Assembly (NCBI GenBank): GCA_965220375.1
Contig: OZ244824.1
Span: 1,178,968 to 1,202,967 of the forward strand
Direction: 5' to 3'
From: Dehalococcoidia bacterium
GTDB lineage: Bacteria > Chloroflexota > Dehalococcoidia > Lucifugimonadales > JAGWBF01
Length of the DNA stretch: 24,000 bases
Positions 16,658-24,000 of this stretch are shown one piece after another; the stretch's first letter is position 1; every line of letters starts with the position of its first letter. Under the pieces are notes generated by a model that worked only from the letters and a program-made list of their open reading frames with translations, was not told where the DNA came from and made no database searches. The translations under genes were made by a program, and so were the position numbers.

Positions 16658-17821
16658 ATGACACTTCCCACCCCCTTGAAGTTTGGAATCTTCATGGCCC
16701 CCTTCCACCGCCTGGGGGACAACCCCACCCTGGCGCTGGAGAGGGACCTTGAGCTTATCCAGCGGCTGGATGAGCTGGGCTTTGACGAAGCATGGATAGG
16801 AGAGCACCACAGCGCGGGATGGGAGACTATCGCTTCTCCGGAGATATTCATCGGCATAGCCGCCGAGCGCACCCGCCATATCCGGCTGGGCACCGGCGTG
16901 ATCAGTCTCCCATACCACCACCCCCTGATGGTCGCAAACCGGATGGTGCTCCTGGACCACCTGACCCGGGGCCGGGTAATGCTCGGGGTTGGCCCGGGGG
17001 CCCTGGTGTCCGACGCCGTCATGCTGGGCATCGACCCCGAGCTCCAGAGGGAGCGCATGGAGGAGTCCCTGGGCATCATAATGCGCCTGTTCACAGAGAC
17101 CGAACCAATTACCTACAAGAGCGACTGGTTCGAGATTAACGACGCCGTGCTCCAGCTCCGCCCGTACCAGAAGCCCCATATTCCGGTGGCTGTGGCTTCT
17201 GTGCAGTCCCCATCGGGTGTTGCCTTGGCGGGGAAGCACGGCGCCGCGGTGCTCTCGGCCAGCATTCCCCGGGATTCGTCGGGGGAAGCTCAGCTATCCT
17301 ACCTTTGGGATGTGGCAGAAGAGTCGGCCGCAAAGCACGGCAAGACGGTCCACAGGAGTGAATGGCGCCTGTCCATACCGGTGCACCTGGCTGAAACCAG
17401 GGAGAAGGCCTTTGCCGAAGCGCGCCTGGGGGCTGGCCAGTTCCAGAGGGAGTACTTCGAAGACACTATAGGCAGGAAGCCGGATGAGCCCCTGCCCGTA
17501 GAGGAGATCATTGACCAGATGGCGGACCTGGGGCACTGGATCATCGGCACCCCCGATGACTGCATAGCGGGAATCGAGAAGCTCATGGAGCGCAGCGGCG
17601 GGTTCGGCGGACTGCTGATCATGGCCCAAGACTGGGCGCCCCGGCAGGCTATATTGAACAGCTATGAGCTGATGGCCCGGTACGTGATGCCCCATTTCCA
17701 GGACAGCCTCACCGGGCTGGAGATATCCAACCAATGGTCGCGGGACCGCACCGCTGAGCTTATGGCCGCCCGGCAGTCTTCCATCGCCCGCGCCCGCACC
17801 AGCTATGCCGAGCGCCGGTAG
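16658..17821 (+). CDS. LLM-class (luciferase-like) flavin-dependent oxidoreductase
   Basis: N-terminus FGIFMAPFH ... LELIQRLDELGFDEAWIGEHHS is typical of the luciferase-like monooxygenase TIM-barrel family. Length is 387 aa. Confidence 0.88.
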   Translation: MTLPTPLKFGIFMAPFHRLGDNPTLALERDLELIQRLDELGFDEAWIGEHHSAGWETIASPEIFIGIAAERTRHIRLGTGVISLPYHHPLMVANRMVLLDHLTRGRVMLGVGPGALVSDAVMLGIDPELQRERMEESLGIIMRLFTETEPITYKSDWFEINDAVLQLRPYQKPHIPVAVASVQSPSGVALAGKHGAAVLSASIPRDSSGEAQLSYLWDVAEESAAKHGKTVHRSEWRLSIPVHLAETREKAFAEARLGAGQFQREYFEDTIGRKPDEPLPVEEIIDQMADLGHWIIGTPDDCIAGIEKLMERSGGFGGLLIMAQDWAPRQAILNSYELMARYVMPHFQDSLTGLEISNQWSRDRTAELMAARQSSIARARTSYAERR

Positions 17822-17954
17822 GCGGGGCTTCGTTAACCGGTAGGGCGCCCGCAACAGCTATGCCGAGCGCCGGTAGCCGAGGCTTTGTTAACCGGTAGGG
17901 CGCCCGCAACAGCTATGCCGAGCGCCGGTAGCCGAGGCTTTGTTAACCCGTAGG
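17801..17954. repeat. 55-bp tandem repeat, about 2.8 copies, spanning the convergent 3' ends of two genes
   Basis: Copies at 17801-17855, 17856-17910 and 17911-17954 (partial). Copy 1 and copy 2 differ at 3 of 55 positions. Each copy starts with AGCTATGCCGAGCGCCGGTAG, the last 6 codons plus stop of the LLM gene. An 11-nt microhomology (GCGCCCGCAaC / GCGCCCGCAcC) precedes each copy. Confidence 0.9.
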
Positions 17955-18467
17955 AGCGGGCTGCCCTCCCGCGCTCTCCCGCTCAAGCCGTCTCCGCTCC
18001 CGGCTGCGCACCGAGTTAAGCACCTGTTCGACAGCCATGCGCCCGACGGGGCCGGAGGCGTACATGGAGCCGAAGATGGTGCCGCCCCGAAGCACCAGGA
18101 GTTCCATGGGTTGAACGTACCGGCCGTGCTGGTCGTCGGCCCACCACGGGTCCAGCTCCCGCACATCCTCTTCGGTAATTCCGTAGGCTACGGGGATGGT
18201 AAGCCCATCTTCCTGGGCTGTCTCCGCGGCGGTGTTCCTGTCCTCCACCGTGGCGGCGATAACCTCCACGCCCAGCTCTTGCAGTTCATCGATGCTCGCT
18301 TGGTAGCTGGCCAACTGCCGGCGGCAGTAAGGTCACCACTTGCCCCTGTAGAAGAGAAGGACGAGGTAGCGGCCGGACATATCGCCTGGAAGCTGGATGC
18401 TCCGCCCATCGGTCAGGTCCAGCTTCATGGAAGGGAACTTCTCTCCCTGCACCAGCTTGCTTGGCAA
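17943..18467 (-). CDS. Peroxiredoxin-like (PRX_like2 / AhpC-TSA thioredoxin-fold) protein with in-frame TGA at the redox Cys position; selenoprotein candidate (U45-P-Y-C48)
   Basis: Hand translation upstream of the track ORF (17943-18314) continues in the same frame through a single TGA at 18333-18335. It reads MPSKLVQGEKFPSMKLDLTDGRSIQLPGDMSGRYLVLLFYRGKW-TGA-PYCRRQLASYQ... FYRGxWCPxC is the hallmark CxxC motif of this family, and the TGA replaces its first Cys. TTG start at 18467 has GGAGGTG 5-6 nt upstream. Total length is 174 codons. Confidence 0.65.
18311..18331 (-). promoter_or_regulatory. Candidate bacterial SECIS-like hairpin just downstream of the in-frame UGA
   Basis: The mRNA reads UGA-CCUU-ACUGCC-GCC-GGCAGU-UGG. 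It has a 6-bp GC-rich stem (18314-18328), a G-containing apical loop, and a possible 2-bp extension. The loop is somewhat closer to the UGA than in classic bSECIS models, so this is tentative. Confidence 0.35.
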
Positions 18468-18543
18468 GGGCCACCTCCGATGCTTCAGTTGCTATTATGC
18501 CCGCCCTTTGATCGTGGGCCGGCGTGAAGGAGGTATATGTTTC

Positions 18544-18563
18544 CCCCTCCCTTGAGGGAGGGG
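18544..18563. other. Perfect 8-bp hairpin CCCCTCCC-TTGA-GGGAGGGG in the intergenic spacer
   Basis: Read directly from the sequence. Function unknown. Confidence 0.5.
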
Positions 18564-18578
18564 ATTAAGGAGAGGGTG

Positions 18579-18625
18579 ACACTTTCCTCCCAGCCGCCAT
18601 TTGCTTCCCTCCATTAGGAAAGTGT
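18579..18625. other. 10-bp inverted repeat ACACTTTCCT-N27-AGGAAAGTGT in the intergenic spacer
   Basis: Read directly. The arms are perfectly complementary, with a 27-nt C/T-rich loop. Confidence 0.5.
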
Positions 18626-18678
18626 TACCTACGTTCGTGGATAATCTGTTACCAGTCTACCCGGTTTGTACCTACCCC

Positions 18679-18707
18679 GGCCCTCTCCCCCCTGACGGGA
18701 GAGGGCC
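18679..18707 (-). terminator. 11-bp perfect hairpin just after the XDH-family gene stop (GGCCCTCTCCC-N7-GGGAGAGGGCC), no U-tract
   Basis: It starts 2 nt after the TAA (18710-18712 on the minus strand). The stem is very stable, but no T-run follows, so it is a terminator-like or REP-like element. Confidence 0.45.
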
Positions 18708-18709
18708 TG

Positions 18710-20950
18710 TTAGCTCCCCCTTGCCTGCAGGGCTGCCAGGACTTTCTCGGCGGTGATGGGCAGGTCGGTGATGGGCACGCCGATGGCATCATAGACGGCG
18801 TTGGCCACCGCCCCGGCCGTCGGGATGTTGGCGCTCTCGCCGATGCCCTTGCTCTCGAAGGGAGCAGGCCCCGGGGTTGGCTCCAACAGCACGGTGACCA
18901 GCTCAGGGATGTCCCTGATGGTGGGGACCTTGTAGTCGCCCATGCTCAGGGTGTTCACCCTGCCGTCCTCCACCAGCATCTCTTCCATGGTGGCGTAGCC
19001 CAAGCCCATGATGGTGCCGCCGTCTATCTGGCCTTGATGGGCCATGGGATTTAGAACGGTGCCAACATCGTGGATGGTGGTGATCTTCTTGACATCCACC
19101 TGCCCCGTCTCCGGGTCCACCTCCACCTCGGCCACCTGTACGCAGAAGGACGTTATCTCAGGAGGCTTTGAAGCAAAGGTGAACTCTCCCGTCAGGGGCT
19201 CTTCGTCGGCGGCGAAGGCTTGGGCCGCTATCTGCTGCACGGGGACCTCGCCTCCGGGCATGATCACGTTGCCGTCGCGCAGCTGAACGTCATCCTGGGA
19301 GCAGCTGTACAGCTCCGCCGCCCGGGCGACCAGCCGGCCCCTCAGCTCATTGGCGGCGCCCACGACCGCCGGCCCCGATGTGTAGGTGACCCGGCTCCCG
19401 CCGGAACCTGAGTCGAAGGGTACAGCATCGGTGTTCTGGGTCAGGTACTCGACCCGGTCCACGGGAATGGTCAACACCTCGGCTACCATCTGCCGGAAGA
19501 TGGTGTGGGCGCCCGTTCCCGTGTCCCAAAGGGACATCATCAGGGTTGCCTTGCCGTCGCTGTCCAGCACCACCTTGGCGGTGGACTCCCCGGTACCCTG
19601 GGGAAGGTCCGAGATGGCCATTCCCCTTCCCACGTAGGGCCCTGCCTTGGGGGCCTGCCAGTCCGAGGCTTCGGCGGCCCGCTCCAGGCACTCGGTGGCC
19701 CTGATTTGCTCGTACTCTTCGCCGATGGGAGAGGAGTCCCCCTCTATCAGGGAGTTTTGCAGGCGGAACCTGTAGGGGTCTATGCCCAGCTCCCTGGCAA
19801 TCATGTCCGTATGGGCTTCCACGGCGTAGATGACCTGGGGCTTGCCGGGAGAGCGCATATGCCCGCAGGGGACGGTGTTGGTGTAGACCATGTAGCAGTC
19901 GATGCGGGTGTGGGGGATGCGGTAATCGCCGCACACATGGTCCGCTCCACGGATGAACACCCCCGGCTTGAAGGCCCCGGACGCGCCGCTGTTGAAGACG
20001 ACTCTAGCCTGCCGGGCTACCAGGGTGCCGTCCTTCTTGAGACCCGACTTGAGGGTGATGTGGGTGGGGTGGCGGGGGTTACCTGCCAGGAACTCCTGGA
20101 TGTAGTCCATCACCATTTTCACCGGCCTGCCCGAGTTGAGGGCAAGGTGGTAGCAGAGGGGGCCATCCATGAAATCGCCCTTGCCCCCAAAGTCGCCCCC
20201 TATGCTGGTGACGTTCAGCGTGATGTTGGTCTCAGGCATATCCCATGCAGCCGCAAGCTGGGTGCGCAGGGTGAAGGGTGCCTTGTTGTTGATCCACATC
20301 TGCACCCGCCCATCATCTTCCACCTTGGCGACGCAGGCGTGGGGCTCGATATAGACCTGGTGCACCATCTGGGTTGTGAAGGTGTGCTCGAACACAAGGT
20401 CTGCTTCGGCAAAGCCCTGGTCTATGTCTCCCTTGGACCAGACGTTGTGGGCAAAGACGTTGTTCTCGGCGATGGTGGAGGCAGGGGCGGGAAGGCCGAT
20501 GTAGGATGCAAGGTCGGGATGGAGGACCGGGGCATCGGGCTTCATTGCCTCGAAGGGGTCGTACACCGCCGGTAGCTCTTCGTACTCTACGTCGATGAGA
20601 AGCAGGGCTTCCTCGGCAATGTCCGGGGATTCGGCGGCCACGGCGGCCACCTTCTCCCCAACGAAGAGCACCCGGTCCCTGGCGAGCACGGGAAAGTCCT
20701 TCAGCCTGCGGCCCACCCTCCTGTCTGGGACATCCTGGCCTGTTATGACGGCATGGACACCAGGCAGCGCCTTGGCCTTTGTCGTGTCGATGCTTACGAT
20801 CCGGGCATGGGGGAAGGGGCTTCTGAGGACCTTGCCCCAGAGCATCCCCGGCAGTATCACATCTGCGGTGTACCGGGCCTTTCCGGTGACCTTGTCGGGG
20901 CCTTCGCCCCTGGTAACAGATTGGCCGACGGTCGAAAAGGAAGTAACCAC
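18710..20950 (-). CDS. Xanthine dehydrogenase / aldehyde oxidase family protein, molybdopterin-binding (large) subunit
   Basis: The N-terminus GEGPDKVTGKARYTADVILPGMLWGKVLRSPFPHARIVSIDTTKAKALPGVHAVITGQD is canonical for this family. Length is 746 aa. GTG start has AGGAGG 5 nt upstream. Confidence 0.9.
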   Translation of the reverse strand: MVTSFSTVGQSVTRGEGPDKVTGKARYTADVILPGMLWGKVLRSPFPHARIVSIDTTKAKALPGVHAVITGQDVPDRRVGRRLKDFPVLARDRVLFVGEKVAAVAAESPDIAEEALLLIDVEYEELPAVYDPFEAMKPDAPVLHPDLASYIGLPAPASTIAENNVFAHNVWSKGDIDQGFAEADLVFEHTFTTQMVHQVYIEPHACVAKVEDDGRVQMWINNKAPFTLRTQLAAAWDMPETNITLNVTSIGGDFGGKGDFMDGPLCYHLALNSGRPVKMVMDYIQEFLAGNPRHPTHITLKSGLKKDGTLVARQARVVFNSGASGAFKPGVFIRGADHVCGDYRIPHTRIDCYMVYTNTVPCGHMRSPGKPQVIYAVEAHTDMIARELGIDPYRFRLQNSLIEGDSSPIGEEYEQIRATECLERAAEASDWQAPKAGPYVGRGMAISDLPQGTGESTAKVVLDSDGKATLMMSLWDTGTGAHTIFRQMVAEVLTIPVDRVEYLTQNTDAVPFDSGSGGSRVTYTSGPAVVGAANELRGRLVARAAELYSCSQDDVQLRDGNVIMPGGEVPVQQIAAQAFAADEEPLTGEFTFASKPPEITSFCVQVAEVEVDPETGQVDVKKITTIHDVGTVLNPMAHQGQIDGGTIMGLGYATMEEMLVEDGRVNTLSMGDYKVPTIRDIPELVTVLLEPTPGPAPFESKGIGESANIPTAGAVANAVYDAIGVPITDLPITAEKVLAALQARGS

Positions 20951-20981
20951 GGGGACCTCCTGAGGGGAAGTTGCGTTGTCA

Positions 20982-20990
20982 AGTATAGCA
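20982..20990 (-). promoter_or_regulatory. Candidate extended -10 promoter element (TGCTATACT) for the XDH-family gene
   Basis: On the minus strand, TGnTATACT sits about 32 nt upstream of the GTG start. There is no convincing -35. Hexamer matching only. Confidence 0.3.
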
Positions 20991-21051
20991 CCGCACCCGG
21001 CTTGCGGCGTAGGCAGAAGGCTCGTGTGCCCTTATCCTGCGGGCCGCGCGG

Positions 21052-21531
21052 CTACCGGGCTAAGCTGACGTGGTACGTCTCGTATCGCGACCTGGTCTCC
21101 GCCATGCCAAGGTGAGAATAGACTCCCTTGGCAACATGGTTGTCCGGGTCCACACGCAGGCCTATGCCGATGGCGTCGGCGCTGCTGCGGGCCGACTGCA
21201 GCACTTTGTCGTACAGGCGTGAATAGACTCCCCGTCCGCGCCAGTCCGAGCGCACGTACACAGCTTGGAGCCACCAGGTGGTGCCGTTGCGGAAGTAGCT
21301 CCACATGTAGGTGACGACCACGATGCCCACCACCTCACCACCGGCATCGGCTACCAGGCAGAAGCCCCTGCTGGGGGAATCGAGGAGATGGCGGGTGCTC
21401 TTGGTGATAAGCTCCTTGTCCTGCAACCTGTCTTCCGTCTCCTCGGTGATAGCGGCCACCATATCCACGATAATTTCCAGGTCGCCGTCTTCGGCTTGCC
21501 TGATGTTAACTCCGGGCGCCGTAGCCAACAT
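21052..21531 (-). CDS. GNAT family N-acetyltransferase
   Basis: 159 aa with the acetyl-CoA binding motif A region (LQAVYVRSDWRGRGVYSRLYDKV). The ATG directly abuts the upstream MFS stop (TGAATG). Confidence 0.85.
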   Translation of the reverse strand: MLATAPGVNIRQAEDGDLEIIVDMVAAITEETEDRLQDKELITKSTRHLLDSPSRGFCLVADAGGEVVGIVVVTYMWSYFRNGTTWWLQAVYVRSDWRGRGVYSRLYDKVLQSARSSADAIGIGLRVDPDNHVAKGVYSHLGMAETRSRYETYHVSLAR

Positions 21532-22779
21532 TCACCTGCTTTCCGAGACCGGGGATGGCCTCAGGCTCATTGGAATAAACGCGACGAGGACCGCGGCGAG
21601 GGCGGTCAAAACCGCCGCGTAGTAAAACATGGTCCCGTATCCGCCCAGGTGGTCTATGGTCACCGAAGCGACGAAGGGGGACCCTATCCCGATCAGGCCG
21701 TTGATGCCAAAGACGAGCCCGATGGCCTTCGCCTCCCTTCCCTGGCCCACCACATCCAGCACACCTGCCTGCATTATCTGGTGCAGAGCAAAGCTGAAAA
21801 GCCCCATACCGGCAAATATGGGAATGAGCAGCAGGCTGTCCCCCGTAGGGACGACGACAAAAGACAGGACGGTCGCGATGGCGAGGCCGGGGACCAGCAC
21901 AGCTTTGCGGCCATAGCGGTCGGACAGGGCTCCCAGAATCGGTGTCGATACGATGCCCATCCCGGTGACCAGGGCAACGTAGAAGCCTGCTTCAATGTTA
22001 CCCATGCCCAATCCATCTTCAACGTCCTTGAGGTAGAAGGGTGTCCAGCTGAAAACGGCATCCAGCCCGATTCCCCGCAGCATAGCCGCCACAGTGAGGC
22101 CCATGACCACCGGCTCTTTCATCAGCCCGAGGGCCTCCCGGAACTGCACCTTCAGAGGGATGCGCTCCGATGCTTGGCCGTACTTCCCCAAATCCTTGAG
22201 GGACCACCAGACGAACACAGCCACCAGCACGCAGGGTATTGCATAGATGTAGAACACGTGGCGCCACAGGAGCATCCCCAACAGGGCGCCGGCCAGCACG
22301 GGACCCAGCACGTTGCCCACGTTGGAGCCGAAGCCGTGGATGGAAATGGCGAAGCCGCGCCGGTCAGGGAACCGCTGGGATATGGCGGCACCTGCGGGCA
22401 AGTGCCACAGGGAGCCGGGTATGGAAAGCAGGGCCACCGCCACGCCCAGCACCCATAGATTGGGGGACGTACCCATGAAGATGAACCCAGCTGCCGCGCC
22501 CGCCATGCTGCAGGTCAAAATGGTTCCCCAGCGGGGCTTCATCATATCCACCACGGGCCCGCCGCCCAGGTTGACCAGCGCCGATCCTCCCTGGCGTATG
22601 CCGAAGAGGATGGCCTGCTGGAAGCTGCCCAATCCCAAGCTGGCGGATATCTCGGTCAGCAGCAGGGGGAAACCTTGGTCGAACAGGTGGGATACCCCGT
22701 GGCCGAAGGACAAGCTGCCCAGGACGAAGCCTCGGTTGCTGCGAACGTCAGTGGACACTTCGGGGGACGCTCTTTCCAA
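21532..22779 (-). CDS. MFS transporter
   Basis: 415 aa with about 12 hydrophobic segments. The MFS loop motif region is ISQRFPDRRGF and LSDRYGRK. TTG start has AGGGAG upstream. Confidence 0.88.
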   Translation of the reverse strand: MERASPEVSTDVRSNRGFVLGSLSFGHGVSHLFDQGFPLLLTEISASLGLGSFQQAILFGIRQGGSALVNLGGGPVVDMMKPRWGTILTCSMAGAAAGFIFMGTSPNLWVLGVAVALLSIPGSLWHLPAGAAISQRFPDRRGFAISIHGFGSNVGNVLGPVLAGALLGMLLWRHVFYIYAIPCVLVAVFVWWSLKDLGKYGQASERIPLKVQFREALGLMKEPVVMGLTVAAMLRGIGLDAVFSWTPFYLKDVEDGLGMGNIEAGFYVALVTGMGIVSTPILGALSDRYGRKAVLVPGLAIATVLSFVVVPTGDSLLLIPIFAGMGLFSFALHQIMQAGVLDVVGQGREAKAIGLVFGINGLIGIGSPFVASVTIDHLGGYGTMFYYAAVLTALAAVLVAFIPMSLRPSPVSESR

Positions 22780-22839
22780 TGGCAGCTCCCTGTGGAGGAT
22801 AGGGCCGCCGACAGAGAACCGACGGCCCTTGAAGGTCTC

Positions 22840-24000
22840 TTAGGGGCTCCGTTTTAAGGGCAGTATGGCCACCATCAGGGCGGTGAACCCTGTGAGGATG
22901 CCGGCGTAGTAGAAGATGGAGCCATACCCTCCGTAGTTGTCTATGATGGCCGAAGCGATGAAGGGGGTCGCTATGCCCAGCAGCCCGCTCAATCCAAACA
23001 GGAGGCCTATGGCCTTGGCTTCCGTGCCCCTGCCGACCACGTCCAGCACTGATGCCTGCAGTATCTGATGTAGGGAATAGGCAAATATCCCCATGGCCGC
23101 CAGCACCAGTCCCAGCATCCACCTGCTTGACTCTCCCGCGGGTACCACCAGCATGGACAAGATGGCGGCGGCTATGAATCCAGGCAGCATCACCATCTTG
23201 CGCCCGTAGCGGTCCGAAAGCTCACCCAGGATAGGGGTGGACAGGATGCCCACCCCGGTGAGGATGGTGAGGAAGATGCCGGCGTCCAGGTTCCCCATGG
23301 CCAGACCACCTTCTTCCAAGGGCTGCTTGAGGTAGAAGGGGGTCCAGTTGGTTACGGCGCTTAGCCCGATGGTGCGGAGCATAGCTGCGATTGCCAACCC
23401 TGCGATCAGGGGATTTCGGAGCAGCCCGAAGGTCTCCCGGAACTGGGCGCCCATTGTCTTGGGGGGGCCGCCGTCTCCTCCCGAGTGTCCCAAGCCCTTC
23501 AGCGCCCACCAGACCAGGAGGGTGGCGACGAAATAAGGCGCAGCGTAGATGAAGAAGGTGGGCCTCCAGGTGAGCAGCCCAAGGATGCCCCCCGTCATTA
23601 TGGGACCGAGGACGTTGCCGACGTTGGCCCCGAAGCCGTGCAGGGTAACGGCGAATCCCCGGCGGTCGGGGAACCGCTGGGATATGGCTGCTGCCGCCGG
23701 CAGGTGCCACAGAGAACCCGGCACGGTGAATAGTAGGGAGACGACGACCAGGAAAGCGTAGTTGGGGGTGGCGCCCATCAGGGCAAAGGTGATGCCGTGG
23801 AAGAGCATGCAGCCCGTCAGGATGGCGCCCCAGTGATACTTGAACATATCCACCAGGGGGCCGCCTCCCAGGTTGATGAACCCGGAACCTACCTGCCTGA
23901 CCGCAAAAACGCTGGCGTTCTGCATGTTGCTGAAGCCCATGGCGGCAGAAATTTCGGTCAGCAGGAGGGGGAAACCCTGGGAGAAGAGGTGGGAGATGCC
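22840..24000 (-). CDS. MFS transporter, paralog of the adjacent gene (5' end outside the window)
   Basis: It aligns by eye along its whole length with the neighbouring MFS, sharing SLWHLPAxAAISQRFPDRRGFA, LSDRYGRK and VLDVVGxGxEAKAIGL. The frame stays open upstream of the track ATG (23940) to the window edge, reading GISHLFSQGFPLLLTEISAA. That matches GVSHLFDQGFPLLLTEISAS in the paralog, so the gene is 5'-truncated by the window. Confidence 0.85.
   Translation of the reverse strand, partial: GISHLFSQGFPLLLTEISAAMGFSNMQNASVFAVRQVGSGFINLGGGPLVDMFKYHWGAILTGCMLFHGITFALMGATPNYAFLVVVSLLFTVPGSLWHLPAAAAISQRFPDRRGFAVTLHGFGANVGNVLGPIMTGGILGLLTWRPTFFIYAAPYFVATLLVWWALKGLGHSGGDGGPPKTMGAQFRETFGLLRNPLIAGLAIAAMLRTIGLSAVTNWTPFYLKQPLEEGGLAMGNLDAGIFLTILTGVGILSTPILGELSDRYGRKMVMLPGFIAAAILSMLVVPAGESSRWMLGLVLAAMGIFAYSLHQILQASVLDVVGRGTEAKAIGLLFGLSGLLGIATPFIASAIIDNYGGYGSIFYYAGILTGFTALMVAILPLKRSP

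Noticed and set aside
17801-17954. Possible CRISPR array
   Set aside because: The 55-bp units are directly adjacent with no unique spacers, and they overlap coding 3' ends. No cas genes are present.
17943-18314. 123-aa ORF starting at TTG as a complete gene
   Set aside because: The same frame continues upstream through one TGA into the missing N-terminal half of the thioredoxin fold, which has its own RBS and start. The short form would lack the CxxC active site.
18537-18617. 26-aa plus-strand mini-ORF (MFPPPLREG...) behind AAGGAGG
   Set aside because: The SD-to-ATG spacing is only 3 nt. The ORF is built largely from the arms of the intergenic hairpins, so it is probably fortuitous. It is mentioned under the spacer finding instead.

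Overview
High-GC bacterial chromosomal window; sampled 60-nt lines outside the island have 40-42 G+C of 60. Most genes are on the minus strand. In order along the window: an M16 zinc peptidase, an MBL-fold hydrolase, and a MacB/FtsX-type ABC exporter pair (ATPase plus an unusually long 1213-aa double-FtsX permease). These are followed by a small cupin, a vapB antitoxin with a frameshifted PIN/vapC toxin, and a ~1.65 kb AT-richer island (7.7-9.35 kb). The island holds four small co-directional uncharacterised genes: a Cys4 zinc ribbon, a helical 100-aa protein, a PD-(D/E)xK-like protein and a reader-like beta-rich protein. Next come a Rieske oxygenase alpha subunit, an untracked 46-aa DUF5679 zinc-ribbon gene, and the conserved nusA-ylxR-infB-rbfA-truB operon with no adjacent rimP. 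The window ends with an LLM flavin oxidoreductase, a 55-bp tandem repeat at a convergent gene junction, a peroxiredoxin-like gene with an in-frame TGA at the redox Cys position (U-P-Y-C, selenoprotein candidate), a hairpin-rich 230-bp spacer, an XDH-family molybdopterin subunit, a GNAT, and two tandem MFS paralogs (the last runs off the window). I recognised no rRNA, tRNA, CRISPR array, transposase or integrase. The two most interesting items are the four-gene low-GC island next to the TA remnant, a candidate novel restriction-like or abortive-infection defence module, and the mis-split UxxC selenoprotein. The taxon cannot be determined from this window. The gene content (DUF5679, LLM, Rieske, MFS paralogs) is reminiscent of Chloroflexota-type genomes, but that is speculation.
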